From Spirulina sp. (GTDB lineage Bacteria > Cyanobacteriota > Cyanobacteriia > Phormidesmidales > Phormidesmidaceae), in the NCBI GenBank assembly GCA_044070495.1, contig JBIPSI010000050.1:1-22842 (forward strand): a stretch of DNA of 22,842 nt. The letters run 5' to 3'. Positions 6,057 through 18,159 of this stretch are shown here, one piece after another (the first letter of the stretch is position 1; every line of letters begins with the position of its first letter). The position numbers were made by a program, and so were the translations under genes. The notes under the pieces are model-generated. The model was not told the origin of the DNA and made no database searches. It saw nothing but the letters and a program-made list of their open reading frames with translations.

Positions 6057-6833
6057 ATGTCAGATGTCGCGCTATCGCCAAGTCCTCGTTCGGCAAGCCC
6101 CGCCCTCGATTTGGAGGCGGTGAATCGGCAGTGGGCCGATGCCGATGCGAGCCGCCTGGTGCAGTGGGGCTACGACACCTTTGGCGAGGGGCTAGTCCTC
6201 AGTACCAGTTTTGGCATTCAGTCGGCGGTGATGCTGCATTTGGTGACCCAGGTGGTGCCCCAAATTCCCGTCATTTGGGTGGATACAGGCTATCTGCCGG
6301 TGGAGACCTACCGCTTTGCCGAAGAACTCACTGAACGCCTACACCTGAACCTGAAGGTGTATCAATCCTCCCTTAGCCCCGCCCGCATGGAAGCGATCTA
6401 CGGTCGGCTGTGGGAGCACAACGATGTGGAATCCTTCAATCGCTACGACTACATCCGCAAGGTGGAACCCATGCAGCGGGCCTTGACGGAACTGGGGGCG
6501 ACCGCATGGCTAGCGGGCCTCCGGGCCGACCAAACCGAGCACCGCCGCACCCTAGAACGCATTGGGCTTCAGGGCGGACGCTACAAGCTAATGCCCATCC
6601 TCAAGTGGACCTCTAAGCAGGTCTATCAATACCTCGTAGCCCACGATTTGCCCTACCATCCCCTCTTCGACAAGGGCTACGTCACCGTGGGCGACTGGCA
6701 CTCTAGCCGTCCCATCAGCGCCAATGACAAAAACGAGCGCGACACCCGCTTCAAAGGGCTAAAGCAGGAATGCGGTCTGCACCTGCCCCAATCCCCCGAA
6801 GCCGCCGCTAGCCTGGATTCTAGTTCGTTGTAG
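6057..6833 (+). CDS. cysH: Phosphoadenylyl-sulfate (PAPS) reductase
   Basis: [29 protein letters not shown] and C-terminal ECGLH motifs. Confidence 0.95.
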   Translation: MSDVALSPSPRSASPALDLEAVNRQWADADASRLVQWGYDTFGEGLVLSTSFGIQSAVMLHLVTQVVPQIPVIWVDTGYLPVETYRFAEELTERLHLNLKVYQSSLSPARMEAIYGRLWEHNDVESFNRYDYIRKVEPMQRALTELGATAWLAGLRADQTEHRRTLERIGLQGGRYKLMPILKWTSKQVYQYLVAHDLPYHPLFDKGYVTVGDWHSSRPISANDKNERDTRFKGLKQECGLHLPQSPEAAASLDSSSL

Positions 6834-7760
6834 TCAGCCTGATTTGCTGAGGCTGAGCAGGGCGACGCTGAGGGTCACCAATGCCACGCCGAGGGCCTGC
6901 ACCCAGGAAAGATGCTCTTGCAGGAGGAGGGCGGCTAAAACGGCGGTGAGGGCGGGGTTCGCGGATCCCACCATGGCGGCGGCGGTGGCCCCCACCCAGC
7001 GAATCCCCAGATTGTTCAGCAGGTGCCCGCTGGCGGTGGCGAGGGCCGACAGTAGCGCCCCAATCCACAGACCAGCCCAGTCTAGGCCCTGAAGGTGGAC
7101 GGGCCAAATCAGCAAACACAAACCCGACAGCACCAGGGTGGCGGCAAAGCTGATGACCGTGAAGGGGAGAGGATGGTAGGTTTCAAAGGCTCGTTGGGCC
7201 ACAACGGTATACAGGGCATAGGCCAGGGCCGAGGCCAAACCGAGGATCACCCCCAGCCAGCTCATTGCCCCTTCGCCACCGAGGGGTACCGTGAGGCCGC
7301 TGCCCAGCAAAATCAGGGCCATAATGCCCCAGCTTGCCGCCGAGGGGCGGTGGCCAAACCAGCCCCAGGACAGCAGCGCCGTATACACCGGGAAGGAGAA
7401 AAACAAAGTGAGGGCAATGCCCGTGGGAATCAGCCCGATGGAGACATAGAGCAGCCCCAGGTACAAAAACATCAGCCCGCCCCCGGCCAAGCTCAACCTC
7501 AGTTCTTGGCGGTGGGTGGGCTTTTTGAGGCGATGCAGGTCGGGCCAGAGGTCGGGATAAACGGGGGTGAGCGCCATCGCCATCAGCGGCACCCCCAGCA
7601 GCATCCGCATAAACAGCAGCAAAAAGGAATTGGGCAGGGTGGGTTCCACAAAACCGCCCACCACCATGTCGCCTAGGGGATAGGCATTAAACAGTATCCG
7701 TGCCACCAGGTTTTGCAGAGAAAAGAACCCTGCCGCCAGCAAAATAATCAGATAACCCAT
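6834..7760 (-). CDS. EamA/DMT family transporter
   Basis: About 10 hydrophobic helices in two repeats, e.g. P.GIALTLFFSFP and NPALTAVLAALLLQE. Confidence 0.88.
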   Translation of the reverse strand: MGYLIILLAAGFFSLQNLVARILFNAYPLGDMVVGGFVEPTLPNSFLLLFMRMLLGVPLMAMALTPVYPDLWPDLHRLKKPTHRQELRLSLAGGGLMFLYLGLLYVSIGLIPTGIALTLFFSFPVYTALLSWGWFGHRPSAASWGIMALILLGSGLTVPLGGEGAMSWLGVILGLASALAYALYTVVAQRAFETYHPLPFTVISFAATLVLSGLCLLIWPVHLQGLDWAGLWIGALLSALATASGHLLNNLGIRWVGATAAAMVGSANPALTAVLAALLLQEHLSWVQALGVALVTLSVALLSLSKSG

Positions 7761-7811
7761 AAGCCTGTCTTTGCGTAATCCAACCCATCAAGCATCCACG
7801 TCCAAGCTTTG

Positions 7812-7906
7812 CCCTCATCCCCCAGCCCCTTCTCCCTAGGGAGAAGGGGAGCCGGAAACGGTCTTCAAAGTCCCTCTCCCTTGGGGAGAGGGATTTAGGG
7901 TGAGGG
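7812..7906. repeat. REP-like cyanobacterial palindromic repeat
   Basis: ccctcatcccccagccccttctccc..gggagaagggg and tccctctccc..gggagagggatttagggtgaggg; a related copy lies at 9166-9230. Confidence 0.85.
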
Positions 7907-7914
7907 TCAGATCA

Positions 7915-7946
7915 GCTCAATAGAGCAAGTTTTTGCTCTATTGAGC
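7915..7946. terminator. Perfect 14-bp hairpin at the add stop codon
   Basis: gctcaatagagcaa / ttgctctattgagc with a 4-nt loop. Confidence 0.6.
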
Positions 7947-8975
<1,029 letters not shown>

Positions 8976-9058
8976 CTATCGCCGGATTCGGAAATCCAAG
9001 GGAACATCTAGGATATACCCCTATTCTCGGTTGAATTTAGAAAAATGGGGCCAAAACA

Positions 9059-9099
9059 CCGTAGAACCCAACGACTTTGGGCTGTCGCGGGTTCTACGG
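9059..9099. repeat. GTAG-type palindromic hairpin
   Basis: ccgtagaaccc / gggttctacgg with inner cgac / gtcg. Confidence 0.7.
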
Positions 9100-9165
9100 C
9101 AACCTCAGTTTGGGATCAGTCAAACATTGCAATATCAAGACACCTGCTTCCAGCTTGCATTGTAG

Positions 9166-9388
9166 CCCTCACCCTAAATCCCTCTACCTCTGGGAGAGGG
9201 ATTTTGATCCGTTCTAGCCCCCTCTCCCCATGGGATCTACTGTTTATACACATCTTGTTTTCATGCTGCAAGTCCTTGGGGATCCCCCTAAATCCCCCTT
9301 GGAAAGGGGGACTTTGACTCTGGTTCCTCCCTTAACAAAGGGGACTTTGACTCTAGTTCCCCCCTTTTTAAGGGGGGCTAGGGGGGAT
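9166..9388. repeat. Cluster of REP-like palindromic repeats
   Basis: ccctcaccctaaatccctc..gggagagggga, then gatcccccta aatccccctt..aagggggactttgactct (twice)..aaggggggctaggggggatc. Confidence 0.85.
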
Positions 9389-9411
9389 CAACCCTAGGAA
9401 CCAAACGCAGT

Positions 9412-11811
9412 CTAGTAGGGCCACTTCCAGTGGGTGATTTCGTCCTGGTCTTTGCCCTCGGTGTGGGCGTAGGTGAGGCATTCGATGATTTTGTTTTTCA
9501 TCTTTTCCTTCACATGAGCCGCTGCCGAGCCCAGCTTGGGCACCCGGTCGATCACGTCGATCACCAGGTTAAAGCGGTCGATCTGGTTGTTGATGGCCAG
9601 CTCTAGCGGGGTGTTGATATTGCCCTGCTCCTTGTAGCCCCGCACATGGATGCGGTCTTGGTTGGATCGGCGATAGACCAGCTTGTGGATCAGCCAGGGG
9701 TAGCCGTGGAAGTTGAACATCACGGGTTTGTCCTTGGTGAACAGGGAATCGAAATCCCGGTCGTTGAGTCCGTGGGGGTGCTCCCCTTCGGAGACCAGCT
9801 TGAACAGATCCACCACGTTGACAAACCGCACTTTCAGGTAGGGGAATTCTTCCCGCAGAATGGCGGTGGCGGCGAGGGATTCCTTGGTGGTGATGTCGCC
9901 GCAGCAGGCCATGATCACATCGGGAATGTCTGGCTCGGTACCGCAGTCGTCGTTGCTGGCCCAGTCCCAAATGCCGATGCCCTTGGTGCAGTGCTGGACA
10001 GCCTGCTCCATAGTCAGGTATTGCAGGTGGTTCTGCTTGTCCGACACGATGACGTTGATGTAGTCTACGCTGCGGAAGCAGTGGTCGGCCACGGAGAGCA
10101 GGCAGTTGGCATCGGGCGGAAAGTAGACTCGCACCACTTCAGGGCTTTTGTTGGTGGCCAAGTCCACGTAACCGGGATCCTGGTGGCTAAAGCCGTTGTG
10201 ATCCTGCCGCCACACCAGGGACGACAGCAGAATATTCAGCGACGACACCGACCGCCGCCAGGGCACATGGTTTTTGCAGATGTCCAGCCATTTGGCGTGC
10301 TGGTTGAACATGGAGCTAACCACGTGGGCGAAGGCTTCGTAGGTGTGGAACAGGCCGTGGCGACCCGTTAGCAGGTAGCCCTCTAACCAGCCTTGCAGGG
10401 TGTGCTCGCTCAGCATTTCCATCACGCGGCCCTCGCGGGAGAGTTCGCTGCCGTCCATGTCCTCCGGCAAAAACTCCGCCATCCAGGCTTTTTTGGTGAC
10501 TTCATAGACCGGGTGCAGACGGTTGGAATGGGTCTCATCTGGCCCCATCAGCCGGAAGTTTTTGACGTTGTTGCCCATGATGTCGCGCATGAAGATGCCG
10601 AGGGCCTTGGTGTTCTCAAACTCCACGCTGCCGGGGTGGGGCACCGGAATTTCGTAGTCCCGGAAGTCCGGCATTTTCAGCGCCTTACGCAGCAACCCGC
10701 CATTGGCGTGGGGGTTGGCACTCATGCGGCGGGGGCCAGCCGGGGCCATGGCTTTAATCTCCGGGCGCAGAGTCCCATTTTCATCGAACAGTTCCTCCGG
10801 GCCGTAGCTCCGCATCCAGGCTTCTAGGTCGCGCAGGTGTTCGGGGTTGCTGTGCATGCCGCCCATGGGCACCTGGTGCGCCCGCCAAAAGCCTTCTACC
10901 TTGTGACCATCCACATAGCTCGGCCCCGTCCAGCCCTTGGGCGACCGCAGCACAATCATCGGCCAGCGGGGGCGTTCCACATTGCCGTTGATGCGGGCTT
11001 CTCGCTGGATTTCCTTGATTTTGAGGACACATTCCTCCATCACCACCGCCATTTTCTGGTGCATGTCGGTGGGGTCACTGCCCTCCACAAGGTAGGGGGT
11101 GTAGCCGTAGCCGTAGAACAGGGCGTTGAGTTCGTCGTGGGAAATGCGGGAGAGAATGCTGGGGTTAGCGATTTTGTAGCCGTTGAGGTTGAGGATCGGC
11201 AGCACCGCCCCATCCCGCGCCGGGTTGATGAACTTGTTGGAGTGCCATGCCGTCGCCAATGGCCCGGTTTCCGCCTCGCCATCTCCGGCCACGCAGGTGA
11301 CGATCAGGTCGGGGTTATCCAGCACCGCCCCGTAGGCGTGGGAAATGCTGTAGCCCAGTTCGCCGCCCTCGTGGATCGAACCGGGGGTTTCTGGCGTCAC
11401 GTGGCTACCAATGTGGCCCGGAAAGGAAAACTGCTTGAAGAAGCGCTGCATCCCTTCTTCGTCTTCGCTCTTGTCGGGGTAGATCTCCGAGTAGGTGCCC
11501 TCTAGATACACCGGGCCAAGCACCCCTGGCGCACCGTGGCCAGGGCCAGCCACGAAGATCATATCCAGGTCGTACTTTTTAATTAGCCGGTTGCAATGGA
11601 CGTAGGTGAAACTCAAGGCCGGAGACGCGCCCCAGTGGCCGAGTAAGCGATACTTGATGTGTTCCGGCTTGAGGGGTTCCTTCAGCAGGGGGTTGTCTTT
11701 CAGATAAATCATGCCCACCGCCAAATAATTACAGGCGCGCCAATAGGCATGAATGTTATAAAGCTCGTCGTCGGTCAGGGATTGGGATGGGGGAGAGAAT
11801 GCAACTACCAT
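9412..11811 (-). CDS. xfp: Xylulose-5-phosphate/fructose-6-phosphate phosphoketolase
   Basis: [45 protein letters not shown] motifs; start chosen at ATG 11811. Confidence 0.97.
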   Translation of the reverse strand: MVVAFSPPSQSLTDDELYNIHAYWRACNYLAVGMIYLKDNPLLKEPLKPEHIKYRLLGHWGASPALSFTYVHCNRLIKKYDLDMIFVAGPGHGAPGVLGPVYLEGTYSEIYPDKSEDEEGMQRFFKQFSFPGHIGSHVTPETPGSIHEGGELGYSISHAYGAVLDNPDLIVTCVAGDGEAETGPLATAWHSNKFINPARDGAVLPILNLNGYKIANPSILSRISHDELNALFYGYGYTPYLVEGSDPTDMHQKMAVVMEECVLKIKEIQREARINGNVERPRWPMIVLRSPKGWTGPSYVDGHKVEGFWRAHQVPMGGMHSNPEHLRDLEAWMRSYGPEELFDENGTLRPEIKAMAPAGPRRMSANPHANGGLLRKALKMPDFRDYEIPVPHPGSVEFENTKALGIFMRDIMGNNVKNFRLMGPDETHSNRLHPVYEVTKKAWMAEFLPEDMDGSELSREGRVMEMLSEHTLQGWLEGYLLTGRHGLFHTYEAFAHVVSSMFNQHAKWLDICKNHVPWRRSVSSLNILLSSLVWRQDHNGFSHQDPGYVDLATNKSPEVVRVYFPPDANCLLSVADHCFRSVDYINVIVSDKQNHLQYLTMEQAVQHCTKGIGIWDWASNDDCGTEPDIPDVIMACCGDITTKESLAATAILREEFPYLKVRFVNVVDLFKLVSEGEHPHGLNDRDFDSLFTKDKPVMFNFHGYPWLIHKLVYRRSNQDRIHVRGYKEQGNINTPLELAINNQIDRFNLVIDVIDRVPKLGSAAAHVKEKMKNKIIECLTYAHTEGKDQDEITHWKWPY

Positions 11812-12021
11812 AGGTATGCCAAATTGAAAGTGCAACGTGGAGCCAAACAGCCCACGATTTAACCGAACAGATACCTACTGCGTCCTGGATCGAACCCTTG
11901 CACCCTAGCAACGTTCCCTTAAATTGGGGTTAATTGGGTCGCGCTAGATCACTAGGGTCAGAAACCTCTTTGGCCGATAGGCTAGCACTCCACCCCCAAC
12001 GAAGCCGTAGCTATCGATGCA

Positions 12022-12174
12022 ACTAGTGCGGTTCTCGATAGCGTGAGATACCCCATGGCTGGGGTCTAGATCCCCCCAGTCCCTAGCGGTCGAAGGTTCA
12101 CTTTGTACCCCCCTTATCAAGGGGGCAGGGGGGATCATCGCCATGGACTTCAGCCCAGTAAAATCCGCTATAGT
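12022..12174. repeat. Nested repeat: a (ATA)GCGGTT..CCGCTAT-type element containing a REP-like palindrome
   Basis: Ends actagtgcggtt / atccgctatagt; inner ccatgg pair; gatccccc..cccccttatcaagggggcaggggggatc at 12069-12136. Confidence 0.6.
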
Positions 12175-12206
12175 GCGAAGAAATAAGACATCGGTCATTG
12201 GGCTAA

Positions 12207-12337
12207 GAGGGCGTTTGAAAAGGGTTGCCCCAGGTGCGATTGGTCGCTAGATCGGTGCAAATCTACGGGATTTTTGACGACGGAGGCTGACCTCATCGGT
12301 ATAACTTGGGACGAGCTTCAGCTTTTCAAACGTCCTC
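12207..12337. mobile_element. MITE with IS5/IS1031-like ends
   Basis: TIR gagggcgtttgaaaag / cttttcaaacgtcctc (15/16), flanked by TAA on both sides (12204-12206, 12338-12340); no ORF. Confidence 0.75.
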
Positions 12338-12594
12338 TAAAGTCCTGTCATTTACCCAAACTCTATGGTTGACGGCTGTCCTAAAAAAGTAAAAAAATGA
12401 CGGGGCCAGAGATGGGGATGATTTGTGGTGCGCTCATCCGAATCCTATTGAGGGGTTAAGACCTAGGGAAGCTATCGAAACCTTCTATCGCTCGGCTACA
12501 AGTAGACAGAAAGGCCATACGGATGGGGACGAATCTGCACACATCGCAGCGTAATCCGGTATGGATTGCGCTGCCCTAGCCCAGCCGATATCTG

Positions 12595-14055
12595 CTATGG
12601 CGATTTCAGAAAAATTGAAAAGGTTGATCCTGCTTCCAGGGTACTCGTCACCTCAATATGACCTCGGTGAGCCTGCACGATTTGTTGGACGATGGCTAGC
12701 CCCAGACCTAGCCCTCCAGACGCTTTGGTGCGTTTTGAATCAACCCGGTAAAACCGTTCAAAAATCATTGGCAATGACTCTTTGGGAATACCGATACCGG
12801 TGTCTTGCACCTCAATCACCGCCTGGTGTTTCTGTTGCAGTAACCGAAGTTGAATATGTCCTCCAGCGGGGGTGTACCGACAGGCGTTGCTGAAAAGATT
12901 AGCGATGGCCTGTCGCAGTAAATTGGCGTCGGCATTCACCATTACGGCGGTAGCGGGCAGTTGCGACGAGAGTTGGAGGTTGTGGGTCTGGGCCTCGGTC
13001 TGCCAATCACTGACCAGTTGAGCCGCCAGTTCGGTTAAATTGACTGGTTGTAAATTTTCTGGGGCCAGCAATCCCTCGTGGCGAGCTAGAAACAGCAGTT
13101 CGCCGACCAGGGTGCTCATCGTTTTGGTCAGACTCACAATTTTTTCTAGACGCGGACGAATTCCGTTGGGTTGGTGATCGGGTTTCGGATACTCCAATTC
13201 AAAGTCCTCCAATGCCATCAAACCAACCTGGGCATTGCTCAGCACCGCCGCCAGGGGGGCACGGAGTTCGTGGGAGGCGTTGGCAGTGAACCGCTGAAGT
13301 TGGTTACAGGCGTTTTCTAAACGCTGGTTGATGGTTTTGAGATTTTCTTCGCGGTTGGCTAATTCTCGCTCCAACTGGTGAAGTAGGTGAATGGCAAAAA
13401 AGGCCGCTAGGGTGCCAATCACCACCAGCAAACACAGGGCCAACCAGGCTACTTGCTGGTAGCGATCACGGTGCTGAATCCGCTGGGCCAGCAACGCTTC
13501 TTCTACCTCCAGGAAGCGGTCTATGGCGTTGCGAGCGGCATCCATGGTCTCTTTGCCCTCCTCCAACCAGGTGTAGAGCGCGGCGGCAGGCACCGGGGTG
13601 CTGGGTTCCGCTGGAATCAGTTGGGATTCCTGCTTGAGGGTTAATTTCTGCTGAAAAATTGCCAGATTTTCGTCCACGAGTTGGCGAATTTCCTGCACCC
13701 GTTCCACCTGGGCCGAGTTGTCGCTGACTAGAATTTCGAGCCGATCCAGGGAACCGGGAATTTCAATTTGAGCCCAGCGGTAGGGTTCCAAAAATTCCTC
13801 CTGCCGGGTCAGGCCATAGCCGCGCACGCCGGTTTCAGCATCGATTAAGGCCTTGACCAGGTACTTGGTTTCGAGCCTCACGGTTTGGGTATGTTGCACC
13901 CAGGTTTCGTCCTCCGCCAAGCTGGCCTTGAGCCAGGCAAAGGCCGATAACGCCGTAAACATACAGGTAACCGGGATGGCGATAATCACCGCTCCGCGCC
14001 ATCGAATTGGCAGGTTTTGCCAGGGCTGATACAGGCGTTGGGCCAGATTTGCCAT
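12595..14055 (-). CDS. Sensor histidine kinase with CHASE3 domain
   Basis: Two TM helices; [14 protein letters not shown] (CHASE3); [10 protein letters not shown]-box; N, G1, F and G2 boxes. Confidence 0.93.
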   Translation of the reverse strand: MANLAQRLYQPWQNLPIRWRGAVIIAIPVTCMFTALSAFAWLKASLAEDETWVQHTQTVRLETKYLVKALIDAETGVRGYGLTRQEEFLEPYRWAQIEIPGSLDRLEILVSDNSAQVERVQEIRQLVDENLAIFQQKLTLKQESQLIPAEPSTPVPAAALYTWLEEGKETMDAARNAIDRFLEVEEALLAQRIQHRDRYQQVAWLALCLLVVIGTLAAFFAIHLLHQLERELANREENLKTINQRLENACNQLQRFTANASHELRAPLAAVLSNAQVGLMALEDFELEYPKPDHQPNGIRPRLEKIVSLTKTMSTLVGELLFLARHEGLLAPENLQPVNLTELAAQLVSDWQTEAQTHNLQLSSQLPATAVMVNADANLLRQAIANLFSNACRYTPAGGHIQLRLLQQKHQAVIEVQDTGIGIPKESLPMIFERFYRVDSKRTKASGGLGLGLAIVQQIVQAHRGHIEVTSTLEAGSTFSIFLKSP

Positions 14056-14058
14056 AGG

Positions 14059-14736
14059 TCAAGGCGCAGGAGGGGCAAGGCGATAGCCGACGCCGTAGAC
14101 CGTTTCAATCCAGGTGTCGGTATCTAAACTTCGTAGGCGCTGGCGCAATCGTTTGATGCGAGCCGTCACGGCGTTGCTCTCCGGTTCAGAGCCCCATTCC
14201 CAGAGGGCCTGCTCAATTTGGTTGTGGGTCAGCACCTGGTGGGGATGGCGCAGCATATATTCCAGCAGTTGAAAGTCGCGACTGGAGAGCTTGAGACTGT
14301 AATCGCCCCGCTCCACCCGCATGGTATCCAGATGTAGCACGAGGTCAGCTACTTGCAGTACATCGCCGCACCAAAGGGGGGATCGCCGCCGCAGGGCCCG
14401 CACTCGCGCCAGCAGTTCTGCCACATCTACGGGCTTCACCAGGTAGTCATCGGCCCCGGCATCTAGGCCCACAACCTTATCGGCGGTGGTATCTTTAGCC
14501 GTCAGCATCAGAATGGGGGCGGCTTTACCCTCCTGGCGGTAACGCTGGCACAGGGAAATGCCATCTTCCCCCGGCAGCATCCAGTCGAAAATCAGCAGAT
14601 CATAGTCTTTTTCTCCCATCAACCAGCGGGCAGTGGTACCATCCTCAACCGCATCGACCACATGGCCAGCGTGGCTTAAAGCTGCCTGCAAGGGTTCAAG
14701 TTGTTCGGGGTCGTCTTCAACCAGCAGGATGCGCAT
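14059..14736 (-). CDS. OmpR/PhoB-family response regulator
   Basis: MRILLVEDD, DWMLP, GADDYLVKP and winged-helix end IETVYGVGYRL. Confidence 0.95.
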   Translation of the reverse strand: MRILLVEDDPEQLEPLQAALSHAGHVVDAVEDGTTARWLMGEKDYDLLIFDWMLPGEDGISLCQRYRQEGKAAPILMLTAKDTTADKVVGLDAGADDYLVKPVDVAELLARVRALRRRSPLWCGDVLQVADLVLHLDTMRVERGDYSLKLSSRDFQLLEYMLRHPHQVLTHNQIEQALWEWGSEPESNAVTARIKRLRQRLRSLDTDTWIETVYGVGYRLAPPAP

Positions 14737-14803
14737 GGGCGAGCGTGGATGGGTGGATGGTGGATGGCTATCAAGACAGATCCAACCAGAAGGGCCTAGC
14801 TAG

Positions 14804-15364
14804 TTATGGATTCAAACGAACCGTGAAGGCATCGAATTCGCCGTTCTCAAATTCGCCGGTAATGGTGATGCGATCACCCACCGAAACATAACTGGCCGTA
14901 TTGTCGCCGTAGACATCCCAGGTATCGACCCGCAGGGTGCGATCCCCCGTGTTGATCTGAAAACCATCTTCCCAGACGCGTTCAACGGTACCGCTATAGG
15001 TGTTGGAGGACGGGCGAGGATTAGCACTAGCGGCTACGGCATCCGCCGGGATCGCTGTGGTTGCAGGGGAAGTAGAACCAGAGTCCGTTCCAACGATGGT
15101 GAAGGCATCAAACTCACGGCCTTCAAATTCGCCGGTAATGGTCACTTGATCGCCAATGGTGACATGGCTGGCGGTGCTGTCGCCATAGACATTCCAAGCA
15201 TCGACCCGCAGCGTGCGATCCCCCGTATTGAGTCGAAAGCCATCTTCCCAGACCCGTTCAACTGTACCGGTGTGGGTGGTTTGGGCGTGGCTGAGATTGG
15301 GCAACACCAGCGCAGCCCCAATCCCGCTAACTACTAGGACACCTAGAACAATGCGATTCATCAT
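14804..15364 (-). CDS. Secreted protein with two tandem OB-fold-like repeats
   Basis: Signal peptide ending SHA; GTVERVWEDGF..TGDRTLRVD.W..GD..TITGEFE..EFDAF occurs twice. Confidence 0.8.
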   Translation of the reverse strand: MMNRIVLGVLVVSGIGAALVLPNLSHAQTTHTGTVERVWEDGFRLNTGDRTLRVDAWNVYGDSTASHVTIGDQVTITGEFEGREFDAFTIVGTDSGSTSPATTAIPADAVAASANPRPSSNTYSGTVERVWEDGFQINTGDRTLRVDTWDVYGDNTASYVSVGDRITITGEFENGEFDAFTVRLNP

Positions 15365-15431
15365 CAATCTCCATGCGTTGAGCGAAACGATCCAAACGAA
15401 CCAAGGAACGAGTTCACTCTACAAACGAACC

Positions 15432-15448
15432 ATGACTCAAAAATGACA
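15432..15448 (-). promoter_or_regulatory. OmpR-family tandem binding site (GTCAT-N6-GTCAT)
   Basis: atgac at 15432-15436 and 15443-15447 (11-bp period), upstream of a -10-like TAGAGT. Confidence 0.55.
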
Positions 15449-15545
15449 GCTTTATCAGCCCCGGCCCTAGAGGTTCACCGATCCATGGCCTATGGGCCTA
15501 GGCTGGTTGCCCTCCGCTGATCCCATGCCACCAGCCCAGGCAAGT

Positions 15546-15764
15546 TCAGCCATCTGTGGTCTCGATGTTGAAGATGGCGAAGGGGAAGTACAGAAACGTG
15601 GACACGCCCAGCGTCACCGCCATGAATGCGCCGCAGGAGTTCCAGGGAATCAGCACTGAGGTGACAGTGCCTATATCGGCGGCTAGGTGCGAGAGGTTCT
15701 GGGACTGCAATCCCCGCTTTTGAAACTCGACCCGGAACATGCGGGCGGGCAGCACTAGGGCAAT
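15546..15764 (-). pseudogene. nhaC: Fragment of a Na+/H+ antiporter NhaC (C-terminal part)
   Basis: IALVLPARMF..NLS..D.GTVTSVLIPWNSCGAFMA.TLGV.T..YFPFAIFNI resembles the NhaC C-terminus; truncated at both ends. Confidence 0.8.
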
Positions 15765-15874
15765 AGCATTGTTGTGAAAACGATGCTAATTTGTCCCGGC
15801 GACACTAATTCACCCTCGACGACACCAATCTGCCACAGATGACAGACAACGTGTCACTGTATGCCTGAAAACAG

Positions 15875-15948
15875 GGCGGATGAGGAGACTCGAACTCCCG
15901 AATGGTGGAACCACAATCCACTGCCTTAACCACTTGGCTACACCCGCC
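15875..15948 (-). tRNA. trnH: tRNA-His(GUG)
   Basis: GGCGGGTGTAGCCAAGTGGTTAAGGCAGTGGATTGTGGTTCCACCATTCGGGAGTTCGAGTCTCCTCATCCGCC; G-1 with C73 discriminator; CCA not encoded. Confidence 0.97.
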
Positions 15949-16188
15949 ATAACTGCGTTTCCGCGTTTTTTACTCTAGCACAGGGGAGCAAACCTGTGGA
16001 GTTTTTTTTGGAGAAGAACCGGGAAGGAAAGACCCGACGTTCCTAGTCGCGAGGAAATTAGGCTGATTTTTGGCATGTATCTGCTGCATTGGATACCAGC
16101 GAACTGGAGTCCAATTCCTATAATGGGGAGCATATGTCTCTCCATGCCCCGCCCGCTGGAGGTGGCGCACCCCCAGGAGTTGTCTACT

Positions 16189-17139
16189 ATGTCCCAAGCA
16201 TCGTTTGCCACAACGGCCTATCTATTGGTGTACCACGGCAGTCGCGATCCAAGGCCGGGGCGAGCGGCAGAGCGTCTAGCGCAGTTTGTGCGAGAACACT
16301 TGGAGACCCAACCGAGCACCCTATCCCGTTCTAGGCCAAGCTACAGCCGGGACAACGTAGGCCCCTTTGAACGGCTTCCGGCGGCGGTGATTGGTGACAG
16401 TGATCACCCCGGCAATCCAAAACCGCACCTAGCGAGCCATTCCCATCCCCCCCTCATCGGGACAGCCTGCCTAGAAACGGGGGCTATGCCGCTCCATCAA
16501 CAACTCGTGAATTTTGGTCAGCGGGTGGCCCAGGCGGGCGTCATCGACGTTCGTATTGTGCCCATATTTTTACTGCGGGGGGTGCATGTCCTGCGGGATC
16601 TGCCAGCGGAGGTGCAGTTGGCCCAACAACTCCTGCCGGGGCTGACCTTGAGCCTGACGACCCACCTCGGTGATCACCCTGGGCTACGTAGCTTGGTCAA
16701 GGATCGGCTGCAAACGACCACCGCAGACACTTGGTTGCTGTTGGCCCACGGCAGTCGGCGGCCAGAGGGCAATCGGGCTATCCAAGCCTTGGCCCAGTCC
16801 CTCGGTGGCACAACGGCTTACTGGGCGGTGCCGCCCCACCTCGATACCCAGATTATCCACCTGATTCAGCAGGGGGTACATCGGCTGGCGATTTTGCCCT
16901 ATTTTCTGTTCACAGGCAGCACCACCGATGCCATTACCCAGCGCACCGAGGAAATGGCGGAGCGGTTTCCCAGCCTAGGCATTCACCTGCTGCCGCCCCT
17001 TGGCCCCTCGCCTCAGTTGGCGCAGTTGGTGGTCGATCTAGCCCTCGGCCATGGCCCCACGAAGACGCCTCAGCCCGTGGTTTCTCTGAAGCGATTGGCC
17101 CGTCGCTCGGCTCCCCAGCCTTCCTCTATGGTGTCCTAG
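16189..17139 (+). CDS. cbiX: Sirohydrochlorin chelatase (CbiX/SirB family, two domains)
   Basis: YHGSRDP, PIFLLRGVHV..D, AHGSRR and PYFLFTG motifs; adjacent to cobA. Confidence 0.88.
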   Translation: MSQASFATTAYLLVYHGSRDPRPGRAAERLAQFVREHLETQPSTLSRSRPSYSRDNVGPFERLPAAVIGDSDHPGNPKPHLASHSHPPLIGTACLETGAMPLHQQLVNFGQRVAQAGVIDVRIVPIFLLRGVHVLRDLPAEVQLAQQLLPGLTLSLTTHLGDHPGLRSLVKDRLQTTTADTWLLLAHGSRRPEGNRAIQALAQSLGGTTAYWAVPPHLDTQIIHLIQQGVHRLAILPYFLFTGSTTDAITQRTEEMAERFPSLGIHLLPPLGPSPQLAQLVVDLALGHGPTKTPQPVVSLKRLARRSAPQPSSMVS

Positions 17140-17343
17140 CTGGCTGCGTCACTCTGGCTCCAGTGAATTTAATCCGTAGGCTTTGCGGCTTCACCCAGCG
17201 GTGCCTTCATCGTCGCCGTCCAAATAGGAGACACCTGTGGAATCACCCTAGAGGGATGCCGATCCCCATCAGCGTGAATCGTAGGATGGGGATCGGCCAT
17301 TGTTAACGGTTCAGTGGCATGATTTAAATTCAGTCGTTTGGCG

Positions 17344-18144
17344 ATGACCTTGACCCCTTCCCCCTCAGACGCAACCCCGACCTATGGCAAGGTGTATTTG
17401 GTGGGGGCTGGCCCCGGCGATCCAGGGCTGTTTACCCTAAAGGGCAAGGGCTTGCTGGAATGCGCCGATGTGGTGGTGCACGATGCCCTGGTCAGTGCGC
17501 CCATTTTGCGGATGATCAATCCCCAGGCGGAGGTGATTAACGCGGGCAAACGGCGGGGGCGTCACTCTATGCTCCAGCCGGAGATTACCCAGCTTTTGAT
17601 TGAAAAAGCGGCGGATCATGCTGTGGTGGTGCGCCTGAAGGGGGGCGATCCCTTTGTGTTTGGCCGAGGGGGCGAGGAAATGGCGGGTCTGGTGGCCGCC
17701 GGGATTGCGGTGGAGGTGGTACCAGGAATTACCGCTGGAGTTGCAGTGCCCGCCTATGCCGGGATTCCCGTCACTCATCGAGAACAGAGTTCCTCGGTGG
17801 CCTTTGTAACGGGGCATGAATCGGTGGGCAAGTATCGCCCTGAGGTGAACTGGCGCGCCCTCGCCCAGGGGGCCGAAACCATAGTCGTTTATATGGGCAT
17901 TCGCAACCTAGACACCATTGCCACGGAACTGCTAGCCGCCGATCTCAGCCCTGAGACCCCGGTGGCCCTGATTCGTTGGGGCACCCATCCCCAGCAGGAG
18001 ACCCTGTTGGGCACCCTGGGCACCATCGTTGCCCAGGTGGCGGCTACGGGCTTCGAGGCTCCGGCCATTGCGGTGATTGGCCAGGTGGTGCAATGGCAAG
18101 CCCAGTTTCAGCATTGTCGCCCGACCCTCCTGGGGTGGGATTAA
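17344..18144 (+). CDS. cobA: Uroporphyrinogen-III C-methyltransferase
   Basis: VYLVGAGPGDP, RLKGGDPFVFGRGGEE, VPGIT, PVTHR and VTGH motifs. Confidence 0.96.
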   Translation: MTLTPSPSDATPTYGKVYLVGAGPGDPGLFTLKGKGLLECADVVVHDALVSAPILRMINPQAEVINAGKRRGRHSMLQPEITQLLIEKAADHAVVVRLKGGDPFVFGRGGEEMAGLVAAGIAVEVVPGITAGVAVPAYAGIPVTHREQSSSVAFVTGHESVGKYRPEVNWRALAQGAETIVVYMGIRNLDTIATELLAADLSPETPVALIRWGTHPQQETLLGTLGTIVAQVAATGFEAPAIAVIGQVVQWQAQFQHCRPTLLGWD

Positions 18145-18159
18145 CCAGGGTTGTCGTTT

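Noticed and set aside
9045..9317. 90-aa ORF here and the 84-aa ORF at 11944-12198
   Set aside because: Both run through repeat elements and have no coding features.
9280..9388. Repeated gggggactttgactct units as a CRISPR array
   Set aside because: Only two short units with no unique spacers, inside a REP-like palindrome, and no cas genes.
9569..11862. Long antisense or alternative-frame ORFs over xfp (likewise over add, EamA, cobA and MFS)
   Set aside because: Shadow ORFs expected from GC-rich codon bias.
12200..15874. Intact tRNA-His-integrated island with attL/attR
   Set aside because: No integrase and no duplicate of the tRNA 3' end found by eye.
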